Shown one piece after another: positions 12,259 through 26,639 of a stretch of DNA of 64,000 bases. The notes under the pieces are model-generated. The model was not told the origin of the DNA. It saw nothing but the letters and a program-made list of their open reading frames with translations, and searched no databases. The DNA is from Octopus vulgaris (Eukaryota): positions 83,204,001 to 83,268,000 of the forward strand of contig OX597820.1 of assembly GCA_951406725.2 (NCBI GenBank), written 5' to 3'. The translations under genes and the position numbers were made by a program. Each line of letters begins with the position of its first letter. The first letter of the stretch is position 1.

Positions 12259-13515
12259 AAAAACACGAAATGAAAGCAAATAACAATGGATATGATGGCA
12301 TTTCTATATTTAATCTTGTATTCTTAAATCCGAAACTAATCTTATTCGAAAATCAGCAAAAGGATTTTAATGGATTCTCTGAAATGATTTGGCTTCTATT
12401 CGTATTAGCAATGTATATAAAAATAATTGATCAAATCGTACATACATATACACACACTTATATAACTATATTAATTTAAGAAAAAAAAAACTTACACTAG
12501 GTATTCAATTTCTTGTGAAAGATTTTTAATGTTGATGCTTATATACAAGTGGATGTACATACACACTCAGCGTGTGTATATTGTAGTGTGCTTTTACGCT
12601 AAACATATACATGGACATTAGCATTTTCTTGTTTGTAACTACATTTCATCTAGCAATATAGTTATGTGTTGTTGTCAATAAGAAATATACTTTAGAAAAA
12701 ATATGTAAACTCATATACTTAAAATATATTATACACACATCTGTATGCAAGCGTAGGCGTACAAACAAACACATGATATTAAAGTCATTGAGACCAGTTA
12801 TTTTCAATACTGAGACAACAATGTGGTATTTATTTTCAATTTCTGCTATTTTGTGTATACGTAGTATCAAAATGAAAATATATCTGCTACGTAATAAAGC
12901 AAAAACACAAAGCGCCATCAAAATAATTTCGTACGTTTATCCTCTGCTCATTGTAACATACATACTTTTCATGTCAATTCATATTAGCAAAGTCTCTTAC
13001 TTCCACTTTACCTACATTTTAACGAACTATGTTTCTCAGTAGCAACATCTAAATAACAGCTTCTTACCTCTTTCATCTGCGCCATCGTTCCCATCACTTA
13101 TCTAATGCTTCCATTTTTTAGATTCTAGCAAAATCTTACATATTACACGAAAAGACGTAGATTCCAATCAAAATACATTTTTTAGGAAGAAAAAATATTG
13201 AGATCAGCGAGCGATGTTGAATATCATAAATATTTGATCTAAATTGAGACTTAAAATTCGCCGCTGTCATAACATCTTTCATCAAAATTTACATATTTGA
13301 ACTTATTTAATCCAATGTCTTCATTAAAAAAAAAAACACACAGCCAATATATATTTCATGTAGTGCGTTTAATACATAAGGTTATGTAAGAGAAAACAAA
13401 TTTGAATTAATGCATAAATTTCGGTCTTGACATATATTTTCAAACTCCTGATACCCTTTTGTAAATCTTCAATAAACAGAGCTCATACCAATCTTCATTA
13501 CACAGAGCTTATATA

Positions 13516-14798
13516 TCAGGTCATCCCATAAGTTCTGTCCGAATTTGGAATAAAGAAAACAAGTGATCAAATGTTATATTTAATCAAAATTTAATCAGCA
13601 ATGCACTTTCCCTAACTATCTATGACTTCCTTCCATCTATTTAAAAGCTTTTTAATCCCATCAATGTAAAACTCGTTTGGTTTCAAAGCGATGAACTCTG
13701 AAATGTCAGTTTCGACCTCCTCCTGGCTTGCGAAAGTTATGTCCCCAAAATGATTCTGTAAATTACGAAACAAATGGTAGTCTGAAAGAGCAAGATCGGG
13801 AGAGTAAGGTGGATGAGGAATATTTTCCCAACCAAGCTCTTCGATCTTCTGTGATGTGATCTTTGCAGTGTGGGGCCGCGCATTGTCCTGATGAAACATA
13901 ACTCCATTTCGATTCACTAAAGCGGGCATTTTTTCTTCAAAACTTGGTTCAAGCGCTCTAACTGCTGATAGTAGACTTGAGCATTGATTGCCGCATTAGG
14001 TAGTAACAATTCAAAGAGAATTACTCCTTTGCAATCCCACCAGATAGAAAGAAGAACACTTTTTCCATGAACTTCCGTTCTCAATTGTGGTTGAGCTTTT
14101 TCTCTTTTACCAAGCCACTGTTTACGACGTTTAATATTTCGATAGATGATCCATTTTTCCTCACCAGTCATGAGACTATCCAAAAAGGGTGAAATGAGTT
14201 TGCGAGAATGGAAAGAAGAGCAGATGACAACTCGAGATTTGTGGGTGCTTTCGAACAATTCATGAGGCACCCATTTTCCAAGTTTAGGAACCTTTCCAAG
14301 TTGTTGAAGATGATGATGAACAGTTGTATAATTTGAACTAAGAGTTATTGCCAATTATTCAAATGATAACGCAGGATTTTCTTCAAGTAATACCTCAAGA
14401 AGCTTATCATCAAACTCAAATGGACATCCTGTTCGATCTTCGTCTTCAAGGCTGAAATCTCCACTTCTGAATTTTGCAAACTATCTTCTGCAAGTGCTTG
14501 CCTTCAAGCATTCTTTCCCATAATCTGAGTGTATGTTACGAGTGGCTTCGGCTGCCGAATTTCCTATTTTGTACTCATAAATCATTATGTGCCTTAAATA
14601 CTATTTGGGTAATTCCATGTGTGAAAGGGTTTTAACACAAGAAATTTTAATTCCATTATTCTGTAAATTAATATTTAGTTAGTTCAAATGTACACAAATG
14701 CATAAAAAATTATAATTACATTAGACATTCTAAAATACTATTAAGTTTCATTCAATTTTAAAAAGGTAAAGTCGGACTGAACTTATGGGATGACCGGA
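13516..14798 (-). mobile_element. Complete but defective mariner transposon, about 1283 bp
   Basis: TIRs tcaggtcatcccataagttctgtccga / tcggactgaacttatgggatgaccgga with TA flanks. Transposase pseudogene from the ATG at 14618 has WVPHEL, HQDNARPH and YSPDLALSDY, plus stops and a frameshift near 13925. Confidence 0.95.
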
Positions 14799-15284
14799 TA
14801 TATAATAATAAAGAACTGCGGCATTTAACCCCTTTTCGTTTCAGTACTTCAACTATGATTGAGATAACTACTCCTAAAGTTGTTCTTATTCATACCAGGA
14901 TAATTGTTATTATAATCCTAATTATAATATTTGCACCAATTCTATTATTTAATTCACACTATCATTGTGGACTTTAACATTAACTGTAAATAACTCATTC
15001 CTCAGTTTCTATGGAGTATCATGTAGTCTACAATTAGCGAATGTATTGTGATAGAATGCACTTTACATCAGTGATGCAAATGTAACTTTAATATTGTTCA
15101 TATGAAATATTTTGTCTTATATATGGTCAGTAGATATGATTTACAAATAAAGACTAAAGTTGAGTTATCAATATTAGCCTAAACGGTTATTCAGGTACCT
15201 TAAAATATTTACTAGGTGGATGTAAATAATGCGCCAAATTGTATGCACGAATTTGATAACGGTAAGAAACATGTGTAAGGCATT

Positions 15285-15430
15285 GACCTGGAAGAACTGT
15301 TAACACGCCGGACAAAACACTTAGCGGCATTCCGTTTGAATGTTATCATTTCAGATTCTGCCATGGTCGATTTTGGCTTTCTTTCTCTCGAGGTCGATAA
15401 AACAACCACCAGTTTAGTATTGGGGCCTTT
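15285..15430 (+). mobile_element. Degraded SINE family B copy
   Basis: ttaacacgccggacaaaacacttagcggcattc...gaggtcgataaaa matches the 50194 copy. Confidence 0.65.
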
Positions 15431-16907
15431 TCTCGAAATGGCTAGCCTTCTGTCAAAATGTGAAACAATGAGAAAAAGTTACTTTATTTTAGAATATATC
15501 AGAAATTATTTTATTGTAAATAAATTTTCAAATGCAATAGTCTTGGTTTACTATATATACATAATTTGTCTATTTACTAGATATATATTCCTAAAAAATG
15601 TATGATTATATCTAAAAATGATAAAAAGATAATAATGTCCATAGTCGTAGATATGATAGTTTGACGGATAATCTCCTTCTTTTGAGTCATTATTTATTTG
15701 CAAAACGTACCTAGATGCTGGTGCATCTTACAGTGCATCATATTTCACTATTTACTCAATATATGACGCGCAAAATATGATATTCAATTATACCTAAGTA
15801 TGTATTTGAAATATTACACCCATTTCAACGCCCTTGCATACTTTACACATACAAGAAAAGTGTCATTAATAATATTTTAAATAGAGGCAGACTATTTTCA
15901 AATAGTAATGATCTCATGCATTGCATGGTGATTTCATTCTGATTAGCCGTTATATAAAACTGAATAATTAATCAAACTCCAAGAATAAATATCTCGCCTG
16001 TTTTCATTCGATTGCGAAACACGTTATATATTATGTTCTGGCAGATGCCCTTTGAAAGTACGACTAGAAAAACAGCAATGCTTTAAATCCTTCTCAGACA
16101 TATATTTTCTCAGTTGGTACAGATATGATATTAGTTTGCTTTGTTTAATGTACCCTGAAATGTGTAACATGCCCTGTGTTGGACAGACAGACTCAAGATT
16201 GAAAATATTATTCAAATCTATTTTGGTTCCTTTCATTGCACCTACTTTCATATTTTGCGAGTTCAATGAAATTTTCTTGAAGATAAAAGAACATACATTT
16301 TGCCTATTTGTTTTTCTCTGAGTCTCCTTATCTGTTACAGTTATTATAAACATTTCTACATGAATTATACATTTCCATATTGGAAGCAATTTTGTAAATC
16401 CGGTTTGTTAAGACGATATCTTTCCAGTGCATAGCTTTCTATAGTGTTTAAGCTTTAGAATTCATTCATCCACCATGTGAAATATCTGGCTAGGCAATCC
16501 CAGTATAGTATATCAGAAAATACATTTTATGCCTTGAAACTCGATGCTTTAATATCATATTTGTTTGTTCTGAGACTATGTTGAAAATTACAACACTCCA
16601 CTAGATATCTATGACACCAAAATTTTAGTTGTAATTCCAGCACCGAGATTTTCCTCCTTCCTTGAAAAGCTTTCATATAAAGAAATATAATATATTTTCA
16701 CAGTTAGCAATCCATATCCTTATTTTAGCATACGCGCAAAACAGACCATTACTAGTCTGATTACCAATAACAGTTTTATCAACTATTATTGTGCGACTTA
16801 ATGTGTTATATTCCCAAAAATACGTATCCAATCATTTTGAAGATATTCAGTCAGTATGAAATATATTCTTTCTCTTTCTCTCTCACAATCTTTCTGTTTC
16901 TCTCTCC

Positions 16908-16960
<53 letters not shown>

Positions 16961-17567
16961 CATATCCCACTTTTATTCATATGTACGAACTTATAAATAC
17001 ACACACGTATATTCGCATATATATTCATAGACAAATCTTTTATGCGGGGCATCTGTAATATATGAAAATATGGAAGTATATTCAAAAGTAGGAATACATA
17101 TGTACATTTACACTAATAAGTTCACCAAAGAATCTTTCGAGTCACTGCCAATGAAAGAATAATAATAAAAAGAAGAATATGTATGCAGTGTATTAGTGTT
17201 TCAGAGATCGAATTCGGTTAAAATGTTGAACTTGATGAACTACAATAAAATTGCAGGAATAGAGCATTCTGATGAGTGACACGAATAGTTGAAAGCTACT
17301 CATTTTTACCCCTCGCATTTAATTAGAAAAATACATTCTTTATAGTGCTTTTCCATGGTTTTCATTTCAACTCATGTTCTGCCTTCATCAAATATAATTT
17401 TTCCGTATTTTCATGAATAAAGATACACTTCATTATGTATAAAAATTACAGTAGTTTTCATATTAATCACTCGATTATCACATATTTAATATGTTTCTTT
17501 CCATTCTATTATTTGTAATATATCTCTATTCTTCTAAATCAAAATTATTGTTGCTGTTGTGGCTGGC

Positions 17568-17585
17568 AAAATAATAATAATAAAG

Positions 17586-17657
<72 letters not shown>

Positions 17658-17658
17658 T
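17568..17658. repeat. (AAT)n microsatellite (left flank of the Dong element)
   Basis: Directly visible. Confidence 0.95.
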
Positions 17659-20600
17659 TAACGTACGAAGATACATTCTCAACGCAAAAAAAATCAGAAA
17701 TAGAAATAGAACATCTAAAAGAAAAAATACATCAGGAAAATATAGATAGAAGCCACACAACAATGCCCAATAATATAAACACTGAAACAGTAAAACACGA
17801 AGACAAACGTAACATTCCCAACAAACACGATGTAAACGAAAAACAACAAACCCAGACCGTAAGGATGCATAATAATACACGACAAACAGCAAAACACGAC
17901 AAACAAACATACGAACGTAAAAAAAAGTGACACAAATGTAAAACCTGGAAAGAACGAAGGGGAGTCTAATGATTATGATACTATAAAAAGTAGAATAATC
18001 AAAGAACTGAAAAACACAGACCTCAAGATGGACCACCGACCATACCTCCCAAAAATCAAAATAGACGAAACAACAACATCAATTGTAAACAGCATAAACC
18101 TAGCCGTCACGGAACTAATAGCCACTGAAACAAAAAGCGATATCACTGAGCTAAATGACTTAGTATACGCAGCAGCCACTGCAGCCAGAAAAGAAGCTGG
18201 ATACTCACTCAAACCCATCCAAACAGAAGTACCGCCACCCAAACAAACCCTGTGGATAAATAAAATCCAAAACAAAATACAAAAACTGAGAAAAGATTTG
18301 TCGAGTTTTAATGAAATCAGTAGACAATCAACGCTACTGAGCAACAAAAAGAAAACAAAGATACTCCGCAAATACAACATCACAGAAAAACATTTACCTG
18401 AGATAAAAGAAAACTAAAGCAAGATATCCTTGCCAAAGCACAAAGGATCCGCCGGTACGAGAAACGCCAGCGCTTCTTTGAACAAAATAAGTTCAACTCC
18501 AAGACCAAAAAGTTCTACCAAGAATTTGGCAAAAATAAAATAGAAATCACTGCAGCACCAACGGCAGGGGAAGTGGAAGAATTCTGGAGAGAAATATGGT
18601 CGGCGAACGAACAACCAAAAAACGGAGTATTAAAACAACAAACTCAGCATCTCAGCAACTTTGGACCCCATAACAACTGAAGAGGTCACTGCAAAGACTA
18701 AGCAACTGGAAGGCACCTGGGCATGACAAAATCCCCAACTTCTGGTTGAAATATCTAACAGGAATGCACAAAAAGCTGGCTGAAAACTTTAACAACATAC
18801 TAGCAGAGCCAGAGACAATGCCTGAATGGCTCACGAAGGGGAAAAACCATCTTAATTCCCAAATCAAAGGAGACAGCAAAACCAGAATGCTACCAACCAA
18901 TAACCCGTCTCCCTACAATGTACAAGGCATTTACTGCAGTGATATCGCAAAGGTTGAACAAGCACCTGGACGAAAACAACCTGTTTCCAGAAGAGCAGAA
19001 AGGATGCCGCAAAGGCTCATATGGCTGTAAAGATCAACTAATGATTAATAAAGCCATAACTGAAGAAGGCCACAGAAAGAAGAAAGGCCTCAGTATGGCC
19101 TGGATCGACTACAAAAAGGCGTTTGATAGCACCCCCCACACATGGATCCTCGAAACACTAGCCATTAACAAAGTAGCACCAACAATTATGAAATTTATAG
19201 GACACACTATGAATAAATGGCAAACAGTGCCACAGCTCCAAACAAAAGAGGGACTCATGAAAACCAAAGCCATCCCCATTAGAAGAGGAATATTCCAGGG
19301 AGACACGCTCTCTCCACTCCTTTTCTGATTGGCACTGTCACCTCAATCTGATATGCTAAATAGAACTGGATGCGGATATAAATGTTACGTTAAAACGATC
19401 AGCCACATTTTATATATGGATGACCTAAAACTATACGCTGCAAATGACAAACAGCTGGAAACACTATTAAAGACAGTTCATGGATTTACCAAAGAAAGAG
19501 ATATGAAATTTGGATTAGAAAAATGCGCCAAAGTAACCCTGAAAAGAGGAAAACTAGTTAAGAGTAGCAACATCATACTAGATAAAACCAATGAAATAAA
19601 AGAATTAGACCAAAGCCAAACTTAAAAATACTTAGGAAACCATGAACCAGATAAGACACAACACACACAAATGAAAGAGAAAATAAAAAAAATATATTAT
19701 AGACGAGTTACATCAATACTAAAAACAGAGCTCAATGCTAAAAACAAGATAATAGGTATTAACACTTTAGCTCTCCCAGTTATAAGTTACAGCTACAATA
19801 TCCTTAACTGGACACTAAATGAACTGATCAAAATAGATAGGAAAACAAGAAAAATAATGACAGGACCTAGGGTGCATCACCCAAAATCTGACATAAAAAG
19901 ACTATATATACAACGTATAGAAGGTGGTAGAGGCCTTATACAGCTGGAAAACTACTATAAAATAACCACCATAGGACTGCAAAAATATCTACTTCAGAAG
20001 GAAGGAAAACCGATACAAATAGCGGCAAAACACAAGCAAAACAAAAAACTGTTCTCAGTATTTAAGGAAGCTGACAAATACAAACAAGAAATCATACCAC
20101 CTAACAAATATGAAGAAGAAGAAGATGAAGAAACAACGAAAGCTATAAAACAAATAAAATCCAAACTAAATCTAGAACAGCAAAGAACCATGATAAAACG
20201 ATGGCAAGAAAAGCCCCTTCATGGTAAATACTGGACTAAACTAAATGCAAAAGAAATAGACAAAGAAATATCCCAGCAATGGTTGAGAAGCTCAGGACTC
20301 AAAGCAGAGACAGAGGGATTTTTAATTGCAGCACAAGACCAAAGCCTCCCCACCAGAAATTACCAAAAACATGTAATGAAAAGAAATATAACAAGTAACT
20401 GCAGAATATGTGGAGATGGACAAGAAACAATAAATCATATTATCTCTGGCTGCCCAGTCCTGGCTAAGAAGGAATATATTCACAGACATGACAGAGTTGG
20501 AACCTACATACACTGGAAGCTATGCCAACATTATGGAATAACAACAGAAAAAAGATGGTATAGGCACACACCAGAAAAGGTCACAGAAAACGAGAAAGCA

Positions 20601-20940
20601 ACGTGTCTCTAAAAGAAATGGAGAAACTTTCAAAATACAAAGACCTGGAAATAGAGGTAACCAGAATGTGGAATCTAAAAACAGAAACAATCACTATCAT
20701 AGTAGGTGCATTAGGCATGATGAAAAAAATATTCAGACAAATACATAACAAAAACACCAGGACTTACAAACACATATAACATACAGAAAATTGCACTACT
20801 AGGCACTACACACATCCTACGCAGAACACTTTCCATACAATAACCATCAGAGTATCACAACAAATCACAGCACATACCCAAGGCACACAGAGCTGCGCTC
20901 GGTAGTGACGTGAAAGCACGCTATAAAAATAAAACTACTA
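17659..20940 (+). mobile_element. R4/Dong-clade RLE-type LINE, near full length, pseudogenised, inserted in (AAT)n
   Basis: WKAPGHDKIPNFWLK, EQKGCRKGSYGCKDQL, WIDYKKAFDS, GIFQGDTLSPLLF, HILYMDDLKLY, CRICGDGQETINHIISGC..RHD, KYKDLEIE..GALG; stop at 20843. (AAT)n on both sides. Confidence 0.92.
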
Positions 20941-21005
<65 letters not shown>

Positions 21006-21012
21006 TAATAAT

Positions 21013-21716
21013 ACACAAAAGAAGCTGGATACTCCCTCAAGCTTATCCAAACAGGATTACCACCACCAAAGCAAACCCTGTGGATAAACAACATCCAAAA
21101 AATACAAAAAAAAGAGAAAAGATCTGTCGATTCTTAACGAAATCAGTAGACAATCAACGCTACAAAGCAACAAGATGACAACAAAAATACTGTGCAAATA
21201 CAACATCGCAGAAAAAGATTAACCTAAAATAAAGGAAAAGCCAAAGCAAGATATCATTGCCAAAGCACAAATGCTCCGCCGGTATGAGAAACGCCAACGT
21301 TTCTTTGAACAAAACAAGCAGTACAACTCCAGCGCCAAAAAGTTCTACCAAGAACTTGACAAAAATAAAATAGATATCACTGCAACACCAACGGCAGAAG
21401 AAGTGGAAGAATTTTGGAAAGAAATATGATCGGTGAATGAACAACCACAGCAAAGGACTATTAAAACAACAAATTTTGCACCTGAGCAACTCTGGACCCC
21501 CATAACAACTGAAGAGGTCACCCAGGCACTGCAAAGACTAAGCAACTGGAAGGCACCTGGGAACGACAAGATTCCCAACTTTTGGCTGAAATATCTGGCA
21601 GGAATGCACAAAAAGCTGGCTGAAAACTTTAACAACATACTGGCAGAGCCAGAGACAATGCCTGATTGGCTCACGTAAGGGAAAACCATCCTAATTCCCA
21701 AAACCAATGAAACGTG
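21013..21716 (+). mobile_element. Second Dong fragment (diverged copy of about 18190-18870)
   Basis: Clear nucleotide similarity to the first element; ORF 21433-21678 contains WKAPGNDKIPNFWLKYL. Confidence 0.88.
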
Positions 21717-21784
21717 TATCTAATAACGAAAAGATTATCATCATTATCATTATCCTCCTCTCCTTCTCCTCCTCCTCCTCCTCC

Positions 21785-21815
<31 letters not shown>

Positions 21816-21843
21816 TATTGTTAATGCTATAATAATAATAATA

Positions 21844-21893
<50 letters not shown>

Positions 21894-21899
21894 TATTAT

Positions 21900-22530
21900 A
21901 CACACGAGAGATTAGACTGTTGGAAAAGAAACATTCTAACATCGGGCTACAGGAAGTACCCTTAGATACCAAGAAACCTCCTAAGTATTCTAGCTGTACC
22001 GAAGTACCCTTAGATACCAAGAAACCTTCTAAGTATTCTAGCTGTTCCGAAGAACACTTTTTTTCTTGAGCTGTACTAAACTGGTTTTTATGTCTATTTC
22101 CTCTATCCATCTGTTCAAATCTTTAGAGATAGTTCCCAATGCACTTATAAGTACTGGGGTACATTTTACCCTCACTTTCCATAGCCTCTATAATTCAATG
22201 GCGAGGTGCTGGTACTTTGCTATTTTTTCTATACTTCTGATCTTTGTTTTTTCATTTGGGACTGTAACTCAATTATCTGGCATTTTCTATACTCTATCTA
22301 CTAGTACTAAATCATGCCTTCTAGCTTTTCTTACTCTGTCAGTCTGAAGTCCCACAAAATATTGTATTTCTTACGTTCTAATATTTTTCTGGGTTCCTGT
22401 TCATACCATTTATCAGTATATTCAAATCATAGCTTTCTACATAACTCCCGGTAGATTACTCTCCCTAGGTTGTCATGTCTTTTCTTGTATTGTATTCTTT
22501 CTGTGGCAGCATGATACATTCAATTACCAA
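21900..22530 (-). mobile_element. Degraded R4/Dong 3' fragment with a 48-bp tandem duplication (21953-22048)
   Basis: Minus strand reads KYQHLAIEL.RLWKV...SALGT..., ending FGTARILRRFLGI* twice. Flanked by (TTA)n. Confidence 0.7.
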
Positions 22531-22556
22531 CACTTACTATGTTGTTGTTGTTGTTG

Positions 22557-22630
<74 letters not shown>

Positions 22631-24979
22631 GTTGTTGTTGTTGTTGTTGGCAATAGCAGTAGTTGTAGAACTAATAGTAGTAATATCTTATGTGACATTT
22701 ATTTTTCTTTCGTTATTGTTATCAGCTTAGTTCGGTTTATAAATCTTTAGTCTAACTATTGTTTCTGTAATCTATAACTGACCTACAACATCCGGTCATC
22801 CGTTCATATTGCCTAAGCGGATTCTTTTTCCTTTCATAATACACACAAGTAGACCACCTTTTGGATTTAACATAATACAATGTATGTCTTTTCGTTTCAA
22901 TGCTCCGTACATTCAGCCTTCTGTCTGATTGTTTCTTTTGTGAATTTTCTTATCTACTTTATTTTTATTTTAACATTCTATTAGTTTATTTATTTCATTG
23001 TGATTTGTGATGGTTATTGTGTATATATAATCCCCCTGTGGAGTTAATCCGATTTTACCTAACTGTTTCTCAAGATTTAGATTTGATATCCCCTCTCTCC
23101 CATACAACTGCGAATATACCATTGCACTGTATTATGTGCGTACGTGCATAATCTGGTTTTGTCTTGTGTATACGTCTATGTGTGAATCTATGATTTGGTG
23201 TTGGTGAATCGCTATACGTGTATGTATAATCTATAAATTTATCCAAGATCTGAACAATATCTTTTAATATTACATAAACATAACATGCCAGTTAAGCTAT
23301 GCTTTAGGCGGAAGTGCGATGTTTATATATTGAGGTATTAGATTCGCCTGGGCCAAATTATGGAAAACTACTTCGTCTCAGTTTTAGGGTCATTGATCGA
23401 TCTTTACTATAGTTGATCACTCAATGCAAAGTAAACTGCAATTTTACATATGTTGTAGCACGAGTTCTGTATGTGTGTGTGTCATTATTTAGTTTTGAGA
23501 TTTGGTTTTTATCGTTTGTATATTTAGATATATGGAGAAGTTTGAGATGGATGTTTTTTACAACATTCATCTGTATATTTAACAGCATATCTCCAGTAAC
23601 TTATTTAAACCCAACCAAACTACAGCGACTTTCCTCATCGACACCTCAAATTATTTTCCCGATGTTGTATTTGTTTCTAGTCCTTAGTTACAAATTATCT
23701 GGGTATCAAAGAGACGCCTGTTAAGAATGAAGGATATTTAAGTCAGGAGTTAAGAAAAGAAAAATAAATTTCTTTGTTTTACAGTATGACAGAGGCATCG
23801 TCTGTTCTGTATAGGCCCTATAACACGTAGTCTTGTCGGAGCCAATAGCAACTAAATCTGGTGAAGTTGTGTTTTTTTTAAATGCTTGTCTCACAATGTA
23901 GCTCTCGGATTGTACTCTGCTCAAGATCTATACATCAATGTTGATTGGAAGCGCGATGGAGTATCATCCACTCGTGTGGTGGCAATGGTGTGGTGACAAC
24001 ATGACTCGTCTTTTCAAGAGAAGCTGTTGGCGTCTTTTTTCACGAATCACTTGAAGGTGAAGATGAGAGGGCGGTGTGAGATACTCTTCTTTAATAAAAT
24101 AATTGAAACTTATTGTTTGTTACTGCATATGTTTTCTTTCATAATACCTGCTCGCTAAAAGAGTGGTGATCTCTACCCTGGCCATATTTAACTGTACAAG
24201 GTTGCCAGATCAATGCCAGTTGGAAAATAAACATAGACAAAAGGTAAACACAGAAGAATCAGCTCGAAAAATGTGTTTAAACTAAGAAAGAAGCGATAAA
24301 GTTTTAGGGAATACAGCATCTATTAGCCCCTAAATCGCTTTCGGACTCACAGGTCACTGCAAATGAGAGGAGGAATTGATGTTGGAACTAAACTACGAAC
24401 ATTTTAGCTGAATGCCATTGTAGATCAGAAAAGACAATATAGAACAAGAGATATACAGAAAACTAGGGAAAATAATGGAGATTCCTGAAACAAACTTTAC
24501 GCTAGGCATCTACCAAAACGCAGGCAACTCTTTGCTTCATTTGACTCCAGTAATTCTCACTAAGAGATGTTGAGAGGATGTGATCAAAGTTCTTGCGAAA
24601 CTCATCCAATACAAGACACTCACTCGTTCGTACACACATTCCACCAGTTGTTTCTCCTTTTTTAAGATAAAGTACGTGTTTCTTTTTAAGATCATATTTC
24701 CATTTTTTTAAACCCTGCCTCATGTTCTATGCATACAAGCTCTGTCATATACTGATATTCTTGCCAAACTCTGAAGAAAAACGATCTATTTTGTGGTGTA
24801 GGGAGAATATAACAAAAGCTTCTTTTCGCTTCTGCCATTTTACTTTGCAAGGCCTCTGCTCTCCTGAGCTTACTTTATACTTATTTAAATCTTGGGCATG
24901 ATGATTAGTTCACGTGATATCATGACATGTTCTAATAACGGTAGACTTCTTTCCGTCATGTCTCGCAACCAGCTCTGCC

Positions 24980-26550
24980 CCATTTCTGTACATTTTGGCG
25001 AAAGTATCAGCTACTAGTTGAATCACTACTGGGAACCTTGGCTTGTACTCCAGGTTACTTTGTGTTTTACTTTTCTTAAGATTTGTACAGCAATGTTTCT
25101 TAGCAACCTTGCATTTTCAGGATTTCAAGCCTGTTTCAAATTGGCCATAGAACGTACTGTGAATGCAAGGCCTAACCATTTAAAAAAAAATCTTTGTGTG
25201 TTCAACCCCACATTGAGGTTATCTCTATTTTCATATTTTTATATTTGGATACTTTGTATATCTATTTTAGGGATACATTATCATCTCTTGTGACTGATAC
25301 CTCAATTAGAAAGCATTTGTTTTCCAAGTAGCCCTTGACAACAATATCTTATCGATTAGCCTTGATCTTCCTATGTGTGTGTATTGACATACCTCAAGCA
25401 CATGCTTGCTTTGCCTCTCTCGGAGACCATTTTCGATGTATGTCTATATATCTCTTCCCCATTGTCATTTTGTAATACTGGCATAACTTCCAGTTTATGT
25501 ACACCTCAACTCTGTGGTGATTGTGGATTTAACATTCTGAGTTAAGAAAATAATTTATTAATTTTCCCCCGTCTCCACATATTCTGCGATTACGGTATTC
25601 TATTTTATTATACGACGTTGGTGAATTCTGGTTGAGAAATTACAGTTTCTACTACTTTGGATCGTGACCTTCTCAGCCAGTGTCATAATTAAAAAAAAAT
25701 TATTCATCTTTTTGCGGTATTCGCCATGTACAAACTTTTCTTGCCTTCATTTTATTATTGCATTCTGAATTCGAATTTTAGTGGAGATTTTTGCGGTTTC
25801 ACAATTTCTGTAATCGTCCCTCTACTTTCTTCATTGTTATCTGTTATTACACCCTCTCTTGGGTATTTGCTAGCTTCCTTGAAGATGGAACTTTTATTTT
25901 GTTCATTTTAGTAGCTCTTTCTAACATTTTTCCATATTTGTGTGCTAGATAATTTTGTAGCTCTACGGCTCCTGTAATAGTTTCCTTATTCTATATAAGC
26001 ACCTGCTGCCTTATAGTTGTGGTAAATATCGTCTTTCAATGCCAGATTTTTTTTTGGAGGAGGATGCTACTTTAAATGCTAGCATAATTTTCAACGTTTT
26101 CCTGTTTCGTCTAGCTAGATCATTTAGTGCCAAGTAAAGATTATTAAAATTGCATCTTTTTACTTACACAGTGTGATTATGACAATTATTACATTATATT
26201 TTGCATTTAGCTTTGATTAATTTAGTAATCCGATTTATTTTTAATATTCTTTGGTAATATTTTCTTCCATTTCTGTGTATTCCACTGTTTAGTTCATTGA
26301 TTCCTACGTAAGTAATGGTATGTGCTTTTTCTAATACTCATATTTCAAAGTCTTTATCGTGTATGATATTAGTGATTTTAATTAATTTTCCTGTCGTCAA
26401 GATCAGTGGGCGCAATTTCCCAACCGCTCCTCATAATAATTTTTGGAGTAACCCTGGTATTGTCGACATCAATATTTTGAACTTTTATGGCATATGGCTT
26501 GTAGTAATCCCCATACAGGAGATGATTAATGCTCGTAACCAAACCATTTG
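24980..26550 (-). mobile_element. Old, internally deleted R4/Dong LINE remnant
   Basis: Minus-strand translation near 25270-25395 gives MSIHTHRKIKANR*DIVVKGYLENKCFLIEVSV..DDNVSLK, an RLE PD-(D/E)xK region. The upstream boundary is uncertain. Confidence 0.65.
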
Positions 26551-26639
26551 TATATATAAAATATGGTAAGAGTTAGAAGCTTTATACACAGAAGCTTCTA
26601 GATTGCAAAAAGGCCCGTAGCATGGAGGCATCGGAGATA

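Noticed and set aside
17262-17302. CTGATGA...GAAA hammerhead-like motif
   Set aside because: Stem II and stem I do not pair convincingly; at best a decayed remnant.
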